NCBI GenBank assembly: GCA_041649175.1
Contig: JBAZNR010000003.1
Location: 207,449-271,448 of the forward strand
Length of the DNA: 64,000 bases
Direction of reading: 5' to 3'
Source: Candidatus Omnitrophota bacterium
Lineage (GTDB): Bacteria > Omnitrophota > Gorgyraeia > Zapsychrales > JBAZNR01
A model generated the notes under the pieces. That model was not told the DNA's origin and did not search any database. It saw only the letters and a list, made by a program, of their open reading frames with translations. Numbering within the stretch: position 1 is the stretch's first letter; each line of letters begins with the position of its first letter. Below are positions 39,889 to 50,343 of the stretch, piece after piece. The position numbers were made by a program, and so were the translations under genes.

Positions 39889-42800
39889 ATGAAGCTCACA
39901 GAGTTTTCCATAAGAAATTCGCTTTTAGTTAACTTAATTTCTGTTTTTATCTGGACGATGGGAATTATCGCGATGTTCAATGTCAATCGCGACGCCTTTC
40001 CTAATGTCAGCATGGATGTCCTTACGGTTACAACCGTGTATTCCGGAGCTCCGGCCGAAGATGTTGAGAAATTAGTGACGATTCCTTTGGAAAATGAAAT
40101 TAAGGGAGTCAGCGGAATTAAAGAAATGACTTCGACGTCCGAGGAAGGAATTTCTTCTATTGGGATTACCATTGAACCGAAAATAAAAGATAAAAAACAG
40201 GTCATTGACGATATAGAACGGGCGGTTGACCGCGTTACGGATTTGCCGGCGGGCGTAAAGGATAAGCCGCTGGTGTCGGAATTAAGGACCAAAGACCGTC
40301 CTGTGATCGAGGTATCTTTATCGGGAGATCTATCCGAGAAAGAAATCCGCCGTTATGCAGAAAGCTTAGAAGATCAGCTTTTAGATATTCGGGGCGTTTC
40401 CACAATTCAGCGTATTGGTTGGCGTGATCCGGAAGTTTGGGTTGAAGTTTCGCCGGACAAGCTTTTGGAATATCACGTTTCTATTGAAGAGTTGATGGCA
40501 GCGTTAGGAAAACGGAATGTTACGCTTCCGGCGGGACAGCTAAGGACGCCGACGACTGAATTTACGGTTCGGGTGAGTGATGAATTTGAAAACACACAGG
40601 AAATTGAAGAAACGGTCATTCGCGGCAATGATGCCGGAGTTAATTTAAAGGTCAAAGACATTGCGCGTGTTGTGGAAAGCTTTGAAGATGAAACTCGCAT
40701 TGCCAAGGTGGACGGGAAAAAAGCTCTTGGCATGGTGGTGGTTAAAAGTGAATATGCCGATGTTGTCAAAGTGGTCAAGGAAGTTAAAGAAGTTTTAGGA
40801 CAATTTAAATCAAATGTTCCCGGAGAGGTAAAACTAAAGACAGCCAATGACTTTTCCTATTATGTTGAGCGAAGACTAGGTGTGCTTATTAGTAACGGCA
40901 TTATGGGTTTTTGTTTGGTGGTTATTGTCCTGTTCATTTTTATGGACCCTATTCCGGCTGTCATGACAGCCATCGGTATTCCGTTCGCCCTATTTTTTAC
41001 TTTTATGGTGATGTCGTTTACCGGCATGACCATTAATTTGGTATCTATGCTGGGGCTTATTATCGTTTTGGGGATGTTAGTGGATGATGGCATTGTTGTT
41101 TCAGAGAATATTTATCGGCATTTGGAAAAAGGAATTTCAGTTAAGGAAGCTGTTGTTAAAGGTTCACATGAAGTTATGTGGCCGGTGGTAGCAAGCATTT
41201 CTACAACTTGGTCAGCTTTTTTACCGCTTATGTTCATGACGGATATGATCGGGAAATTTATCAAGGAAGTTCCCATGGTTGTCATTATCGCATTGGCGGC
41301 TTCACTGATTGAGGCGTTTATTTTTCTTCCCGCGCATTTATCCGATTTTATTAAGATCAAGGCGAGCTTCTTTGAAAATGGCAATGGAAAACATCATAAA
41401 GAAAAGAAATGGATAAAGGATCTTTTGCAGTTTTATCGTAACACCTTAAGCAAGCTCATTGATCATCGGTATAAAATTATTTTTACTTCTTTTGTCCTTT
41501 TTGTCGCGCTTCTTGCGGTTGCGGCGACAAAAATGAGAGTTGTTCTTTTTGGCGGAGAAGGGTTGGAATATTTCTATGTTCGTTGCGAAGCGCCCAAAGG
41601 AACTTCTTTGGAACGAATGAATGAGATGATCGTGCCCATAGAAAATATGGTTGCGGGAATTCCAAAGGTAGAGTTAAATTCATTTCGCAGTTACATCGGC
41701 TCCATCGAAGAAGAAGGCGGCTGGGATCCGAATTCTAAGCGCGGAACGCACTTGGCGCAAATCACGGTTTTCTTAACACCGTTTCAAAAGCGAGAACGTG
41801 GTCCTCAGGAGATCATCGAATCAATTCGTCCGCAGCTTGAGAAGATTGAAGGATTTGACCGGCTCTATTTCTTTACTTCAAAAGAAGGACCGCCAACGGG
41901 CCGTTCTATTGAAGCGGGAATAAAAGGCGAAGATTTTGGTATTCTGCAGCAGATTGCCGGGGAGTTTAAGGATTATCTAAAAACAGTTCCCGGTGTTTCC
42001 GATGTTGATACAAGTTATCAATTTGGAAAAAAACAATTTCGTGTTGTGATCGATGAGTCAAAAGCGAATCAATTTGGATTGACCATTGGTGATGTTGCCG
42101 CAGCCGTCAGAAATGCTATTAAAGGCGGAGTGGCTACGACTATTAAGCCCTTGAAAGCAGATAAGGAAATTGAGGTTCTCGTGCGCTTTCCGGAAGATAA
42201 AAGGCGAGACAGGGATGTTTTTAATAAAGTTTTAGTTCCGAATAATACCGGAAAGTTAATTCTCTTAACGGCTGTTGCCAGGGTGGAAGAAATTGAGGGT
42301 GTTTATATCATCGGGCATATGGATGGAAAAAGAGTTATTACAGTGACCGGGGAAGTTGACGGGAAAAATGCGACTTCACTTAAGGTTAACCAGCTGTTAC
42401 AGAAGAAATTTGAAGATATCAGCCAAAGGTATCCAGGATACGGCGTTAAATACAGCGGTGAATTTGAAGATCAGCTAGAATCTATGGGGAATCTGCTAAG
42501 GTCTTTCTTATTTGCTTTGTTTTTGATCTTTATTATTCTAACGGCTATGTTCAAATCGTTAATTCAGCCGATGATCGTTATGTTGGCCATTCCTTTTGGT
42601 ATCGTGGGAGTTATTTTAGCTTTTCTTATTCACGGAAAACCTTTAGGATTTTTTGCTTTTATGGGTTTGGTGGGATTAGCCGGCGTTGTGGTCAACAATT
42701 CTATCGTCATGGTGGATTTTATCAATAATCTTCGCCGAGAAGGCCATGACAGGCGCTCTTCAATTCTCGAAGCTTGCCAGGTACGTTTGCGGCCTATTTT

Positions 42801-43032
42801 AATGACAACGATCACAACGATCGTCGGGCTGATTACGGTCGCCTATGGAATTGGCGGAAGTGATCCGTTCTTAAAACCGATGGGGCTTGCCCTTGTTTGG
42901 GGATTGTTCTTCTCGACACTTTTAACGCTTTTCTTGCTTCCTTGCGTTTACGCGATGGTGGACGATATCGCGTTAAAGATCCTTCATAAGTCGACCGTTA
43001 AAGTTGTCCCGGTCGACAGCCAGCAGATTTAA
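39889..43032 (+). CDS. RND superfamily efflux transporter (AcrB/HAE1-like, 12 TM)
   Basis: 1047 aa, two large periplasmic loops, conserved TM4 'GLIIVLGMLVDDGIVVSENI'. Confidence 0.8.
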   Translation: MKLTEFSIRNSLLVNLISVFIWTMGIIAMFNVNRDAFPNVSMDVLTVTTVYSGAPAEDVEKLVTIPLENEIKGVSGIKEMTSTSEEGISSIGITIEPKIKDKKQVIDDIERAVDRVTDLPAGVKDKPLVSELRTKDRPVIEVSLSGDLSEKEIRRYAESLEDQLLDIRGVSTIQRIGWRDPEVWVEVSPDKLLEYHVSIEELMAALGKRNVTLPAGQLRTPTTEFTVRVSDEFENTQEIEETVIRGNDAGVNLKVKDIARVVESFEDETRIAKVDGKKALGMVVVKSEYADVVKVVKEVKEVLGQFKSNVPGEVKLKTANDFSYYVERRLGVLISNGIMGFCLVVIVLFIFMDPIPAVMTAIGIPFALFFTFMVMSFTGMTINLVSMLGLIIVLGMLVDDGIVVSENIYRHLEKGISVKEAVVKGSHEVMWPVVASISTTWSAFLPLMFMTDMIGKFIKEVPMVVIIALAASLIEAFIFLPAHLSDFIKIKASFFENGNGKHHKEKKWIKDLLQFYRNTLSKLIDHRYKIIFTSFVLFVALLAVAATKMRVVLFGGEGLEYFYVRCEAPKGTSLERMNEMIVPIENMVAGIPKVELNSFRSYIGSIEEEGGWDPNSKRGTHLAQITVFLTPFQKRERGPQEIIESIRPQLEKIEGFDRLYFFTSKEGPPTGRSIEAGIKGEDFGILQQIAGEFKDYLKTVPGVSDVDTSYQFGKKQFRVVIDESKANQFGLTIGDVAAAVRNAIKGGVATTIKPLKADKEIEVLVRFPEDKRRDRDVFNKVLVPNNTGKLILLTAVARVEEIEGVYIIGHMDGKRVITVTGEVDGKNATSLKVNQLLQKKFEDISQRYPGYGVKYSGEFEDQLESMGNLLRSFLFALFLIFIILTAMFKSLIQPMIVMLAIPFGIVGVILAFLIHGKPLGFFAFMGLVGLAGVVVNNSIVMVDFINNLRREGHDRRSSILEACQVRLRPILMTTITTIVGLITVAYGIGGSDPFLKPMGLALVWGLFFSTLLTLFLLPCVYAMVDDIALKILHKSTVKVVPVDSQQI

Positions 43033-43493
43033 TTCTTCAGCATTTTTTCTTGCCGGAAGGCGTAATAAAAACAGGCCAAATACGAAGGGAAAATAACCGC
43101 CAGAAGAATGGCGGCTGTTGAAAGGGCGATCCAGGGTTGCGTGTAAAAAATCGACCGTAAAAATTGCGTTTCGTAAGAGTGTCCGATCAAGTCAAGGCCA
43201 AATCGCGAAAAAAAGAAAATTTGCCAAACTATAGGATGCAAAAAGGGCTTACGATAGGCGTATAGAAAAATCGGAATAAGCGCGAAAAGGCTAATGGCCG
43301 CGCTAGCGATGTTAAGATGATAGGAAAGTTGATATTCCGGGTGGAACGCCGTTAAAACATGATAATACGCGTAGACGACGGACTCGGAATGCAGGATCCC
43401 GATGAAATTCCCCAGAGTTACGGGCACAAAAAAGAAAAGGTAGATCTTCCAGCGTAATTTCATTCCTGAAGCCATGGCGATATTATGCCACAA
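43029..43493 (-). CDS. Small polytopic membrane protein, hypothetical
   Basis: 4-5 hydrophobic helices; convergent with the RND gene. Confidence 0.4.
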   Translation of the reverse strand: MWHNIAMASGMKLRWKIYLFFFVPVTLGNFIGILHSESVVYAYYHVLTAFHPEYQLSYHLNIASAAISLFALIPIFLYAYRKPFLHPIVWQIFFFSRFGLDLIGHSYETQFLRSIFYTQPWIALSTAAILLAVIFPSYLACFYYAFRQEKMLKN

Positions 43494-43614
43494 GCCTTAA
43501 AAATCTCAACGGCTAATTCTTTTAAGACAATTTCTTTGATTTTACATTTTATTTGCGATAAGATGAAATTCAGTTTTCTTATCTTCGAGGATAACTTCAA
43601 AAGAGGTTTTTAGA

Positions 43615-44013
43615 ATGGACCAAGAAGCTAATCAAATTATGGAGCAACTTTGCGCGTCCGATACTCGTTATCGGCGCGATGCGTATGATTTTATTCTGGA
43701 GGCCCTTTCATTTACTCAAAAGAAGTTCCGGCGCGTAAAACATGTTTCCGGAAAAGAACTCTTAGAGGGAGCTAAAGAGCTTTTGATCTCACGATTTGGC
43801 CCGATGACCCTGTCTGTTTTAGAATATTGGGGCATTAAAACGACCGAAGATTTTGGGTATATCGTTTTTAATTTGGTCGAGCACAAGATCCTTAGCCGCA
43901 CAGATGAAGATTCCATGGAAGATTTTAAAAACGGCTATGATTTTCAAAAAGTTTTTAACGCGGAGTATCAGGAAAAGTTAGCGAAGCAGATCCGCAAATT
44001 ACGAGGCACTTAA
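43615..44013 (+). CDS. Hypothetical cytoplasmic protein
   Basis: 132 aa; SD 'aaagaggt'; no motif recognised. Confidence 0.35.
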   Translation: MDQEANQIMEQLCASDTRYRRDAYDFILEALSFTQKKFRRVKHVSGKELLEGAKELLISRFGPMTLSVLEYWGIKTTEDFGYIVFNLVEHKILSRTDEDSMEDFKNGYDFQKVFNAEYQEKLAKQIRKLRGT

Positions 44014-44035
44014 CCTTTTAAAAGGAGAGAAACTA

Positions 44036-44590
44036 ATGATGTCATTTTGGATCTTTATTGCTCTCGTTGTGCTGGCTGTTCTTTGGTACGTGGGAATTTA
44101 CAATAACATCATTCGATCAAAATTAAACACAGAAAATGGCTGGTCGCAGATCGATGTTCAGCTCAAGCGCCGACATGATCTTATCCCCAATTTGGTAGAA
44201 ACAGCCAAGGGTTATATTTCGCACGAACGGGGAACGCTGGAAGCCGTGACCAAAGCCCGTCAGCAGGCGGTGGATGCCAGTGGCCTTAAAAATAAACAGG
44301 AAGCGGAAAACTTTCTTTCGCAAACCTTGCGCAGCCTCTTTGCGATTGTGGAAAATTACCCGAATTTAAAAGCGGATCAACATATGTTACGCCTTCAGGA
44401 AGAATTGACATCAACGGAAAACAAAATTGCCTTCGCCCGTCAATATTATAATGATGAGGTAGCGCGTTTTAATACGTTGATCCAATCTATTCCGACGAAT
44501 TTTGTCGCGGCGATAGCGCAGTTCAAGCCTTTTGAATTTTTCCAAGTGCAAGACGCGACCGAACGGCAAGCCCCAAGCGTTAAATTCTAA
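44036..44590 (+). CDS. LemA family protein
   Basis: N-terminal TM then 'YNNIIRSKLNTENGWSQIDVQLKRRHDLIPNLVETAKGY' LemA signature. Confidence 0.75.
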   Translation: MMSFWIFIALVVLAVLWYVGIYNNIIRSKLNTENGWSQIDVQLKRRHDLIPNLVETAKGYISHERGTLEAVTKARQQAVDASGLKNKQEAENFLSQTLRSLFAIVENYPNLKADQHMLRLQEELTSTENKIAFARQYYNDEVARFNTLIQSIPTNFVAAIAQFKPFEFFQVQDATERQAPSVKF

Positions 44591-44621
44591 ACCCACTTTT
44601 TAGCTAAACGGTTGGCTTTTC

Positions 44622-46298
44622 ATGCCGTATTCTTTCACAAAAATCGAAGAAGACAAAACCCGAACCATCGGTTTTGTCTTCCTTTTTTTGATCCTCTTTT
44701 ATTTTGTTTCGGCGTGGATTTTGTCCGTAGTGATCAAAAATCTCTTGGCGATGGAATCCGTTGAGCGCATGGCGTATGTGGTGGCGGGGCCGGAGCTTCG
44801 GTTTTATTTTCTTAGCTTACCGGAAACTTTTCTGATCTTGTTATTGGCGTGCGCGGTTGGGGCGATCCACTGGTTTATAACTGCTCAAAATTTGATCCCA
44901 CGCATCTTAAAAGTTTTATCCGCTGGTCCGGTTAATCTCAAAGACAGTTACCATCATGTTTTCCAGAACATCATTGATGAAGTTTCTGTCGCAACCGGCG
45001 GAAAGAAAATGGAAGGCGTTGTTGTTCCGGTAACCGCGATGAATGCGTTCGCGCTTACGGATTTTAGCGGGCGATCGATCATTGGAGTCACCGAAGGGCT
45101 TTTGGCGAAATTATCGCGCGCTCAGCTTGAAGCCGTGGTGGGCCACGAAGCGGCGCATCTTGTGACCGGCGATTGCTTGGCAACGACCATGACCAGTTCT
45201 TTGTTCAAGATCTATGGCTCAGCGATGACCTATATGAATAAAGCCATGGGAGGCGGAGAGAATCGAATGTTTCGCTCAAGGGCAAGCGGTTCGGCTATTA
45301 TCATTTATCTAGTCTTGGCTGTTATCAATTTCTTTGGAATGTTACTGAATATGTTTATTTCTCGGCAGCGTGAATTTCGGGCTGATTCGGTGGCGGTACG
45401 ATTAACACGCGATCCGTTAAGCCTGGCGGAGGCATTATATTTAATTTCTCATCGCTGGCGAGGAGCGTCGCTTCCCGGAGAAGAGCTAGATGCCATTTTT
45501 ATCATTAATCCGCGTTTTAGCCGCCTTGATGAGAAAGAAAGCATTTTTGCCGATCTATTCTCAACGCATCCGCCGGTTCAAAAGAGACTAGACATCCTTC
45601 TTGATATGGCGCATGCGGACGCGCAGGCTTTAGAGCAGAAATTAAAGGATAGTCTAAGGCCGCGGCAAATTCCGGCGGAGTCCGCCGTGCCAACTGCTGT
45701 GACAAATTCTCAAACACAATGGCTTGTCCACAATAACGGACAATGGCTTGGGCCATTTTTCTTAAGAGAAATGACAGAGTTCTCTTGGCTTACGCCGGAA
45801 ACGTGGATTAAAAAAATGGGCGCAGAACATATTGCGCGCGCCTATGAAGATAATGAAATTAATCAGTTGCTTCGCAAGGCAGAGGCTTTGTCGGCATTTC
45901 AATGTCCGCGTTGCCGTGTCGCGCTGATGGAGGTTTTGTACGAAGGCGCGCCGGTTTATAAGTGCGTGACATGTTACGGAATTCTTTTAGAAGAAAATGA
46001 TGTGAGTAAAGTTTTAGCCAGGGAAGAAATGGGATTTTCGAAAGATGTTATCCGCGAATCGGAGATCTTAAAAAATCAGCAGAAGTTCTGGGGACCTAGA
46101 AAAATATCAGCTCAGTCGCAAGATAATCTGACATGTCCGGGGTGCAAACACGTAGCAACAAAAATGGTGCGGATGTTTTATAGCGCGGTCTATCCTATTG
46201 AAATTGATAAGTGTATTTTTTGCGGCAAATTGTGGTTTGACCGTCACGAATTGGAAATTCTGCAATATCGCATTGAAGAAAATAGAAAGTTAGAATAA
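44622..46298 (+). CDS. M48-family zinc metallopeptidase (HtpX-like) with C-terminal paired zinc-ribbon modules
   Basis: HExxH 'VGHEAAHLVTGD'; TM segments; C-terminal CPRC...CVTC and CPGC...CIFC pairs. Confidence 0.65.
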   Translation: MPYSFTKIEEDKTRTIGFVFLFLILFYFVSAWILSVVIKNLLAMESVERMAYVVAGPELRFYFLSLPETFLILLLACAVGAIHWFITAQNLIPRILKVLSAGPVNLKDSYHHVFQNIIDEVSVATGGKKMEGVVVPVTAMNAFALTDFSGRSIIGVTEGLLAKLSRAQLEAVVGHEAAHLVTGDCLATTMTSSLFKIYGSAMTYMNKAMGGGENRMFRSRASGSAIIIYLVLAVINFFGMLLNMFISRQREFRADSVAVRLTRDPLSLAEALYLISHRWRGASLPGEELDAIFIINPRFSRLDEKESIFADLFSTHPPVQKRLDILLDMAHADAQALEQKLKDSLRPRQIPAESAVPTAVTNSQTQWLVHNNGQWLGPFFLREMTEFSWLTPETWIKKMGAEHIARAYEDNEINQLLRKAEALSAFQCPRCRVALMEVLYEGAPVYKCVTCYGILLEENDVSKVLAREEMGFSKDVIRESEILKNQQKFWGPRKISAQSQDNLTCPGCKHVATKMVRMFYSAVYPIEIDKCIFCGKLWFDRHELEILQYRIEENRKLE

Positions 46299-46328
46299 AG
46301 AGCTAGTATTTTAATAAAAGGAGAATAA

Positions 46329-46748
46329 ATGAAGCCGTATATCTGGGCGCTTATGACAGCGCTGGTGTGGGGATGTGTTCCTGTTTTAGAAAAATTGGGT
46401 TTAGCCAAAATGCCTGTTTTGGTAGGGATTTTTTACCGCAGTTTCGGAGTTATCATAGGGATGATGCTCATCGTATTTTTTAAATTTAATTTACTGAAAG
46501 AATCTTTGGCCAATATCCCGTTTGGGGTTTTTTATCTTGTCGTCGGAGGATTTCTCGCCAGCGTCGTCGGACAGATCATGTTCTATCACGCGCTTCAGGG
46601 CGGGGAAGCTTCCAAGGTTGTTCCTCTGGCGGCGTCTTATCCTCTTATTAGTTTTCTGATCGGAGCAATCTTTCTGGGAGAGTCGGTCACGGCGGCAAAA
46701 TTAGGTGGATTATTTTTTATTATCTTGGGAGTTATTCTACTCAAATAA
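46329..46748 (+). CDS. Small EamA/DMT-family membrane protein (4 TM)
   Basis: 139 aa, four helices, EamA-like 'MTALVWGCVPVLEK'. Confidence 0.5.
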   Translation: MKPYIWALMTALVWGCVPVLEKLGLAKMPVLVGIFYRSFGVIIGMMLIVFFKFNLLKESLANIPFGVFYLVVGGFLASVVGQIMFYHALQGGEASKVVPLAASYPLISFLIGAIFLGESVTAAKLGGLFFIILGVILLK

Positions 46749-46754
46749 TTATTT

Positions 46755-48848
46755 ATGCGAACATTTGATCCCAGCGAAACGTCGGTCCAATTCTTAAAAG
46801 GCGTTGGCCCTTCCAAGAAAAAACTTTTCTTCCAGCTCGGTGTCGAGACGGTCGAGGATTTGCTGTATTTTTTTCCTCGTCGTTACGAAGACCGCACGAA
46901 TTTAACATCCATTGATAAAGTAAATATTGGAGAAGAGCATACGATCTCGGGAGAGGTCATGGATTTTCACGGGAAGAAAAGCTGGTTCCAGCGTAAACAC
47001 GTTACAGAGATCTTGGTGAACGACGGAACGGCAAAAATTTCCTGCATTTGGTTCAACCAGCCTTATCTCGAACGTTATTTTCAAACCGGAACAAAAGCGG
47101 TTTTTCACGGCAAGGTTGGCATGTATAAAGACACATTGCAGATGGTTGCTCCGGAATACGAAATCATCGATGATGAAGATGACGGAGAAAATCTTAACTT
47201 AGGGCGCATTGTTCCAATTTATCCTTTGACGCGGGGAATCACACAGCGCTATTTGCGCCGAACGATCAAGCGGGCGCTTGATCAATACGCCAATCATGCA
47301 AAAGATATTTTATCGTATGAATTGCGCCAGAAATATCATTTGGAGAATTTAGTTAAAAGCCTGATCAATCTTCATTTCCCGGAAACACTACAGATGCAAG
47401 AGCAGGCTTACAAAAGAATTTCTTTTGAAGAGTTCTTTCTTTTTCAGGTTTCGGTTTTACTGCGCCGGATGAACATTGTTCGCCAGCAGGGTGTGGCGCA
47501 TAAAATTGATGATTCGCTTCTATCGGAGTTTTCCGGTTCATTTGATTTTAAACTTACGCAAGCGCAGGAAAAAGTGATCAAGGAAATCGCGTCTGACATG
47601 AAAAATCAAGCGCCGATGCATAGGCTCTTACAGGGCGATGTCGGTTCGGGAAAAACCGTGGTGGCGCTTTTTGGATGCGTGGCGGCGAAACGTAACGGTT
47701 TTCAAAGTGTCTTTATGGCTCCGACGGAAATTTTAGCCCAACAGCATTATGAAGTCTTGAAAGGCTTTATCAAGAAATCTTCGTTTAAAAATATTCGTTT
47801 AGAGCTTTTGATCGGCAGTACGCCGGAAGACGAAAAAGAAAAGATCTGCAAAAAAGCGCAATCCGGAGGCGTTGACCTTATTGTCGGAACGCATGCGCTT
47901 ATCCAAGAAAATTTAAGTTTTAAGAATTTAAGTTTCGCGGTCGTCGATGAGCAGCATAAATTCGGTGTGCGCCAACGCGCGCTTCTTTCGGCCAAGGGAA
48001 TGAATCCTGATATTTTGGTCATGACGGCAACACCCATTCCGCGCACGCTTTGTTTGACGCTTTACGGAGATCTGGATATTTCTATTCTCAATGAAATGCC
48101 GCCGGGGCGAGGCATTACGAAAACAGTTTTATTCTCGGAAGAAGAAGCGCTTAAGGCGTATGAATTTGCGCGAGGTATTATGCGCGGCGGCCATCAGGCT
48201 TATATTATTTATCCGATCGTGGAAGAATCTCAAAAACTTGATATGAAAGCCGCCAAAATAATGTTCGAAGAATTTAAGAAAAAAGAATTCAAAGATTTTA
48301 GGGTCGGGCTTGTCCATGGGCAGATGAAAAAAGCTCAAGCCCAAAGTACGATGGAACAATTCAAAAAGAAAGAAATCGATATTTTAGTTGCCACAACAAT
48401 TTTAGAAGTCGGTGTTGACGTTCCCAATGCGGCTGTTATGATTATCGAACATGCCCAGCGCTTTGGGCTTTCTCAGCTTCATCAATTGCGCGGACGGGTA
48501 GGGCGCGGCAAAGATAATGCGACTTGTATTTTGATCGCTAACCCGACAACGGCTGACGCCAAGGCGCGCTTAGAAGCTATTTTATCTACATCCGATGGTT
48601 TTAAGATAGCGGAAAAGGACTTATTGATCCGCGGGCCCGGGGAATTTTTTGGCCGCCATCAACACGGGCTTAACGAATTAAAGATAGCCAATCCCTTGAC
48701 ACAGTTGGATATTCTGGAATTAGCCAGGGCGGAGGCCATTGAGCTGACAAAAACGGATCCTAAGTTGCAACATCCGTCCCATATGGTGATCAAAGCATTA
48801 ATTGAAAAACGCTATCCGTCCTATTTGGCGATGGCGATGGCAGGCTAA
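46755..48848 (+). CDS. recG: ATP-dependent DNA helicase RecG
   Basis: Wedge domain, Walker A 'GDVGSGKT', DEAH-like 'VVDEQHKFG', helicase motif VI 'QLHQLRGRVGRG'. Confidence 0.85.
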   Translation: MRTFDPSETSVQFLKGVGPSKKKLFFQLGVETVEDLLYFFPRRYEDRTNLTSIDKVNIGEEHTISGEVMDFHGKKSWFQRKHVTEILVNDGTAKISCIWFNQPYLERYFQTGTKAVFHGKVGMYKDTLQMVAPEYEIIDDEDDGENLNLGRIVPIYPLTRGITQRYLRRTIKRALDQYANHAKDILSYELRQKYHLENLVKSLINLHFPETLQMQEQAYKRISFEEFFLFQVSVLLRRMNIVRQQGVAHKIDDSLLSEFSGSFDFKLTQAQEKVIKEIASDMKNQAPMHRLLQGDVGSGKTVVALFGCVAAKRNGFQSVFMAPTEILAQQHYEVLKGFIKKSSFKNIRLELLIGSTPEDEKEKICKKAQSGGVDLIVGTHALIQENLSFKNLSFAVVDEQHKFGVRQRALLSAKGMNPDILVMTATPIPRTLCLTLYGDLDISILNEMPPGRGITKTVLFSEEEALKAYEFARGIMRGGHQAYIIYPIVEESQKLDMKAAKIMFEEFKKKEFKDFRVGLVHGQMKKAQAQSTMEQFKKKEIDILVATTILEVGVDVPNAAVMIIEHAQRFGLSQLHQLRGRVGRGKDNATCILIANPTTADAKARLEAILSTSDGFKIAEKDLLIRGPGEFFGRHQHGLNELKIANPLTQLDILELARAEAIELTKTDPKLQHPSHMVIKALIEKRYPSYLAMAMAG

Positions 48849-48850
48849 TT

Positions 48851-49414
48851 ATGAAAATCCTAAGCGGAACATTAAAAGGGCGCAACTTCTTCATGCCCAA
48901 TGAAATTCGCCCAACACCCGACAAAGTGCGTAAGGCGGTCTTTGATATTTTAGGCCATGACCTTTCGGGTTTAACTTTCCTGGAGCTTTTTGCCGGTAGC
49001 GGGTCGGTTGGTTTTGAGGCGATCTCCAATGGCGTTAAGCAGGCTGTTTTAGTAGAGGGAAGTATTCGCTGCTGCGCGATCATCAGCGATAATATAACTG
49101 CCTTAAAGATAAAGACTTATGACGAGAAGGGTTTTTTTTGCCAGGTGATGAACGCGGATTGCTTTGCGGCGATCGAGCAACTGCAGGCGCAGAAAAAACT
49201 TTTCGATATTGTCTTCGCCGATCCGCCGTATAACGTGGAGCTGGCAAAAAAAACCTTGAAAACCCTAAGTGCCTGTGATATATTACAGCGCAATTGTTTC
49301 GTAATAATCCAACATGACAAAAAGGAATCTCTACCTGAATCAGAAGGTAGATTTCTTATTATAAAGCAAAAAAAATACGGCACATCTTGCCTATCCGTTT
49401 ATCAAGGACAATAA
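48851..49414 (+). CDS. rsmD: 16S rRNA (guanine966-N2)-methyltransferase RsmD
   Basis: 'LELFAGSGSVGFEAISNG', 'FADPPY' N6/N2-MTase motif; 187 aa. Confidence 0.75.
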   Translation: MKILSGTLKGRNFFMPNEIRPTPDKVRKAVFDILGHDLSGLTFLELFAGSGSVGFEAISNGVKQAVLVEGSIRCCAIISDNITALKIKTYDEKGFFCQVMNADCFAAIEQLQAQKKLFDIVFADPPYNVELAKKTLKTLSACDILQRNCFVIIQHDKKESLPESEGRFLIIKQKKYGTSCLSVYQGQ

Positions 49415-49897
49415 ATGAGTCGAAGAGCGATCTATCCGGGCAGTTTTGACCCTGTTACCTATGGCCATATTGATCTTATCAAGCGCGCAACTCAGATCTT
49501 TGACGAAGTTATTGTGGGCGTTGCGCACAATCTTCACAAAAAGCCGCTTTTTTCCCTCGAGGAACGCCTGGAGCTTTTAAAGGCCGCTACCCGCGGTATT
49601 AAGCGCATTCATGTTGAAGTTTTTGACGGCTTGGTGGTGGATTACGCGCATTCCAAGAAAATTAATGTGATCATTCGGGGTTTACGGATGATCTCAGATT
49701 TTGAGTATGAATTTCAGATGGCGTTGACCAATCGAAGATTAGCCGATGATGTTGAAACTGTTTTCTTGATGCCCTCAGAAGGGTATTCGTATCTTTCCTC
49801 AACGCTTTTAAAAGAGGCCGCGGCTTTAGGCGCGGATGTGACCAGCTTTGTCCCGTCATTTGTGGCCAAAAAGCTTAAAGAACGTCTACGAAAATGA
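49415..49897 (+). CDS. coaD: Phosphopantetheine adenylyltransferase
   Basis: 'AIYPGSFDPVTYGHIDLI' HxGH motif; 160 aa; 'ISSTLLKE'. Confidence 0.85.
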   Translation: MSRRAIYPGSFDPVTYGHIDLIKRATQIFDEVIVGVAHNLHKKPLFSLEERLELLKAATRGIKRIHVEVFDGLVVDYAHSKKINVIIRGLRMISDFEYEFQMALTNRRLADDVETVFLMPSEGYSYLSSTLLKEAAALGADVTSFVPSFVAKKLKERLRK

Positions 49898-50304
49898 AAA
49901 TTAAAGTCCGGGACATTTCAGCGTCCGGCATTGAGATCGTAAAAGATATTTGGCCGAAAGACTTAGGATTAGATGAGAATGATTTTCGGTCGACGGCGCC
50001 TTTAAAAATTCTGCTGGACGCCTCTCGTGTGGGCGATACGGTTTTAGCAAAAACGATCGTTCAGGGAACATTTTCGCATACGTGCGTTCGTTGTCTTGAG
50101 CCGGTGGAATTTACAAGAGACGAAGAGTATTCGTTCGATTATCCGGTTTCAACGAATATGGACACTTTGGATATCGGGGAAGATATCCGGCAGGAATTGA
50201 TCTTAGGATTGCCGGTGCAAATTTTATGCCAAGATGATTGTCGTGGGCTTTGCACAAAGTGCGGAGTGAATTTAAATAAAGAGCAGTGTAAGTGCTCAAA
50301 ATAG
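49894..50304 (+). CDS. yceD: YceD/DUF177 family protein (large ribosomal subunit accumulation)
   Basis: Position upstream of rpmF; C-terminal CxxC...CxxC 'CQDDCRGLCTKCG'. Confidence 0.6.
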   Translation: MKIKVRDISASGIEIVKDIWPKDLGLDENDFRSTAPLKILLDASRVGDTVLAKTIVQGTFSHTCVRCLEPVEFTRDEEYSFDYPVSTNMDTLDIGEDIRQELILGLPVQILCQDDCRGLCTKCGVNLNKEQCKCSK

Positions 50305-50343
50305 TTAGAAGTTGCATCGTAACCTTCAGAAGGAGTATTGAAT

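Noticed and set aside
43494-43614. Imperfect palindrome gataaga-N13-tcttatc in the divergent intergenic region, as a possible operator
   Set aside because: Short 7-bp arms with no supporting second copy; too weak to call.
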